A stretch of DNA of 5,380 nucleotides, from positions 1 to 5,380 of the IMG/VR virus record IMGVR_UViG_3300007505_000264. One strand, given 5' to 3'. A program made the position numbers and the translations under genes. This document shows, piece by piece, positions 5,268 to 5,380 of this stretch. The notes beneath the pieces are model-generated. The model saw nothing but the letters and a program-made list of their open reading frames with translations. It ran no database searches and was not told where the DNA came from. Each line of letters starts with the position of its first letter. The first letter of the stretch is position 1. Source of the stretch: a virus.

Positions 5268-5380
5268 TATTTGAATATTCTTAGAATTGAAACTAATATA
5301 CCAAGACCTTGAATTGTTTCGGGGGAAACTCCATATTTCCGTAGTTCAGCGGAAAAGTCTTGTATCTTTAATTGAACTTG
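4642..5380. repeat. Right copy of the 739-nt terminal redundancy
   Basis: Identical to 1..739 at every point checked. Confidence 0.95.
5267..5380 (-). CDS. VP2 C-terminal fragment, a duplicate of 626..739 cut by the window edge
   Basis: Part of the terminal redundancy. The same TAA/ATG overlap is present at 5269..5265. Confidence 0.9.
   Translation of the reverse strand, partial: QVQLKIQDFSAELRKYGVSPETIQGLGILVSILRIFK

Noticed and set aside
1-5380. A search for tRNA, rRNA, CRISPR repeats, integrase or att sites, and defence or anti-defence cassettes.
   Set aside because: I found no cloverleaf-capable segments, no regularly spaced direct repeats, and no ORF left unaccounted for that is large enough to encode an integrase or an enzyme. 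The genome is fully occupied by the microvirus core genes plus small ORFs.

Overview
The window is one complete circular ssDNA phage genome of the family Microviridae (non-phiX type), about 4641 nt, shown as the complement of the coding strand and read past its own start. Positions 1..739 match 4642..5380 at every point I compared (offset 4641). All credible genes are on the minus strand. In transcription order they are: major capsid protein VP1 (512 aa), replication initiator VP4 (302 aa, HUH endonuclease with the two-tyrosine motif YIFKYIQK), an acidic 120-aa accessory or scaffold-like protein, a roughly 410-nt structured non-coding region, a 66-aa ORF, three very small ORFs missing from the ORF track (a 33-aa membrane-type peptide, a 40-aa Cys-rich peptide, a 31-aa Arg-rich J/ORF8-like peptide), and the 320-aa VP2 pilot or minor capsid protein, which leads back into VP1. 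Five gene junctions are the same TAATG stop/start overlap, and no start codon has a Shine-Dalgarno sequence. I see no tRNA, rRNA, CRISPR array or transposon. The points most worth follow-up are the unannotated micro-ORF module at 1588..2057, the structured intergenic region at 2058..2468 (a 22-bp perfect palindrome, a ~60% GC island, a 13-bp hairpin and GCGAAGC mini-hairpin motifs), and the non-canonical VP1-VP4-VP2 gene order. Family assignments rest on motifs recalled from memory. No database search was run.
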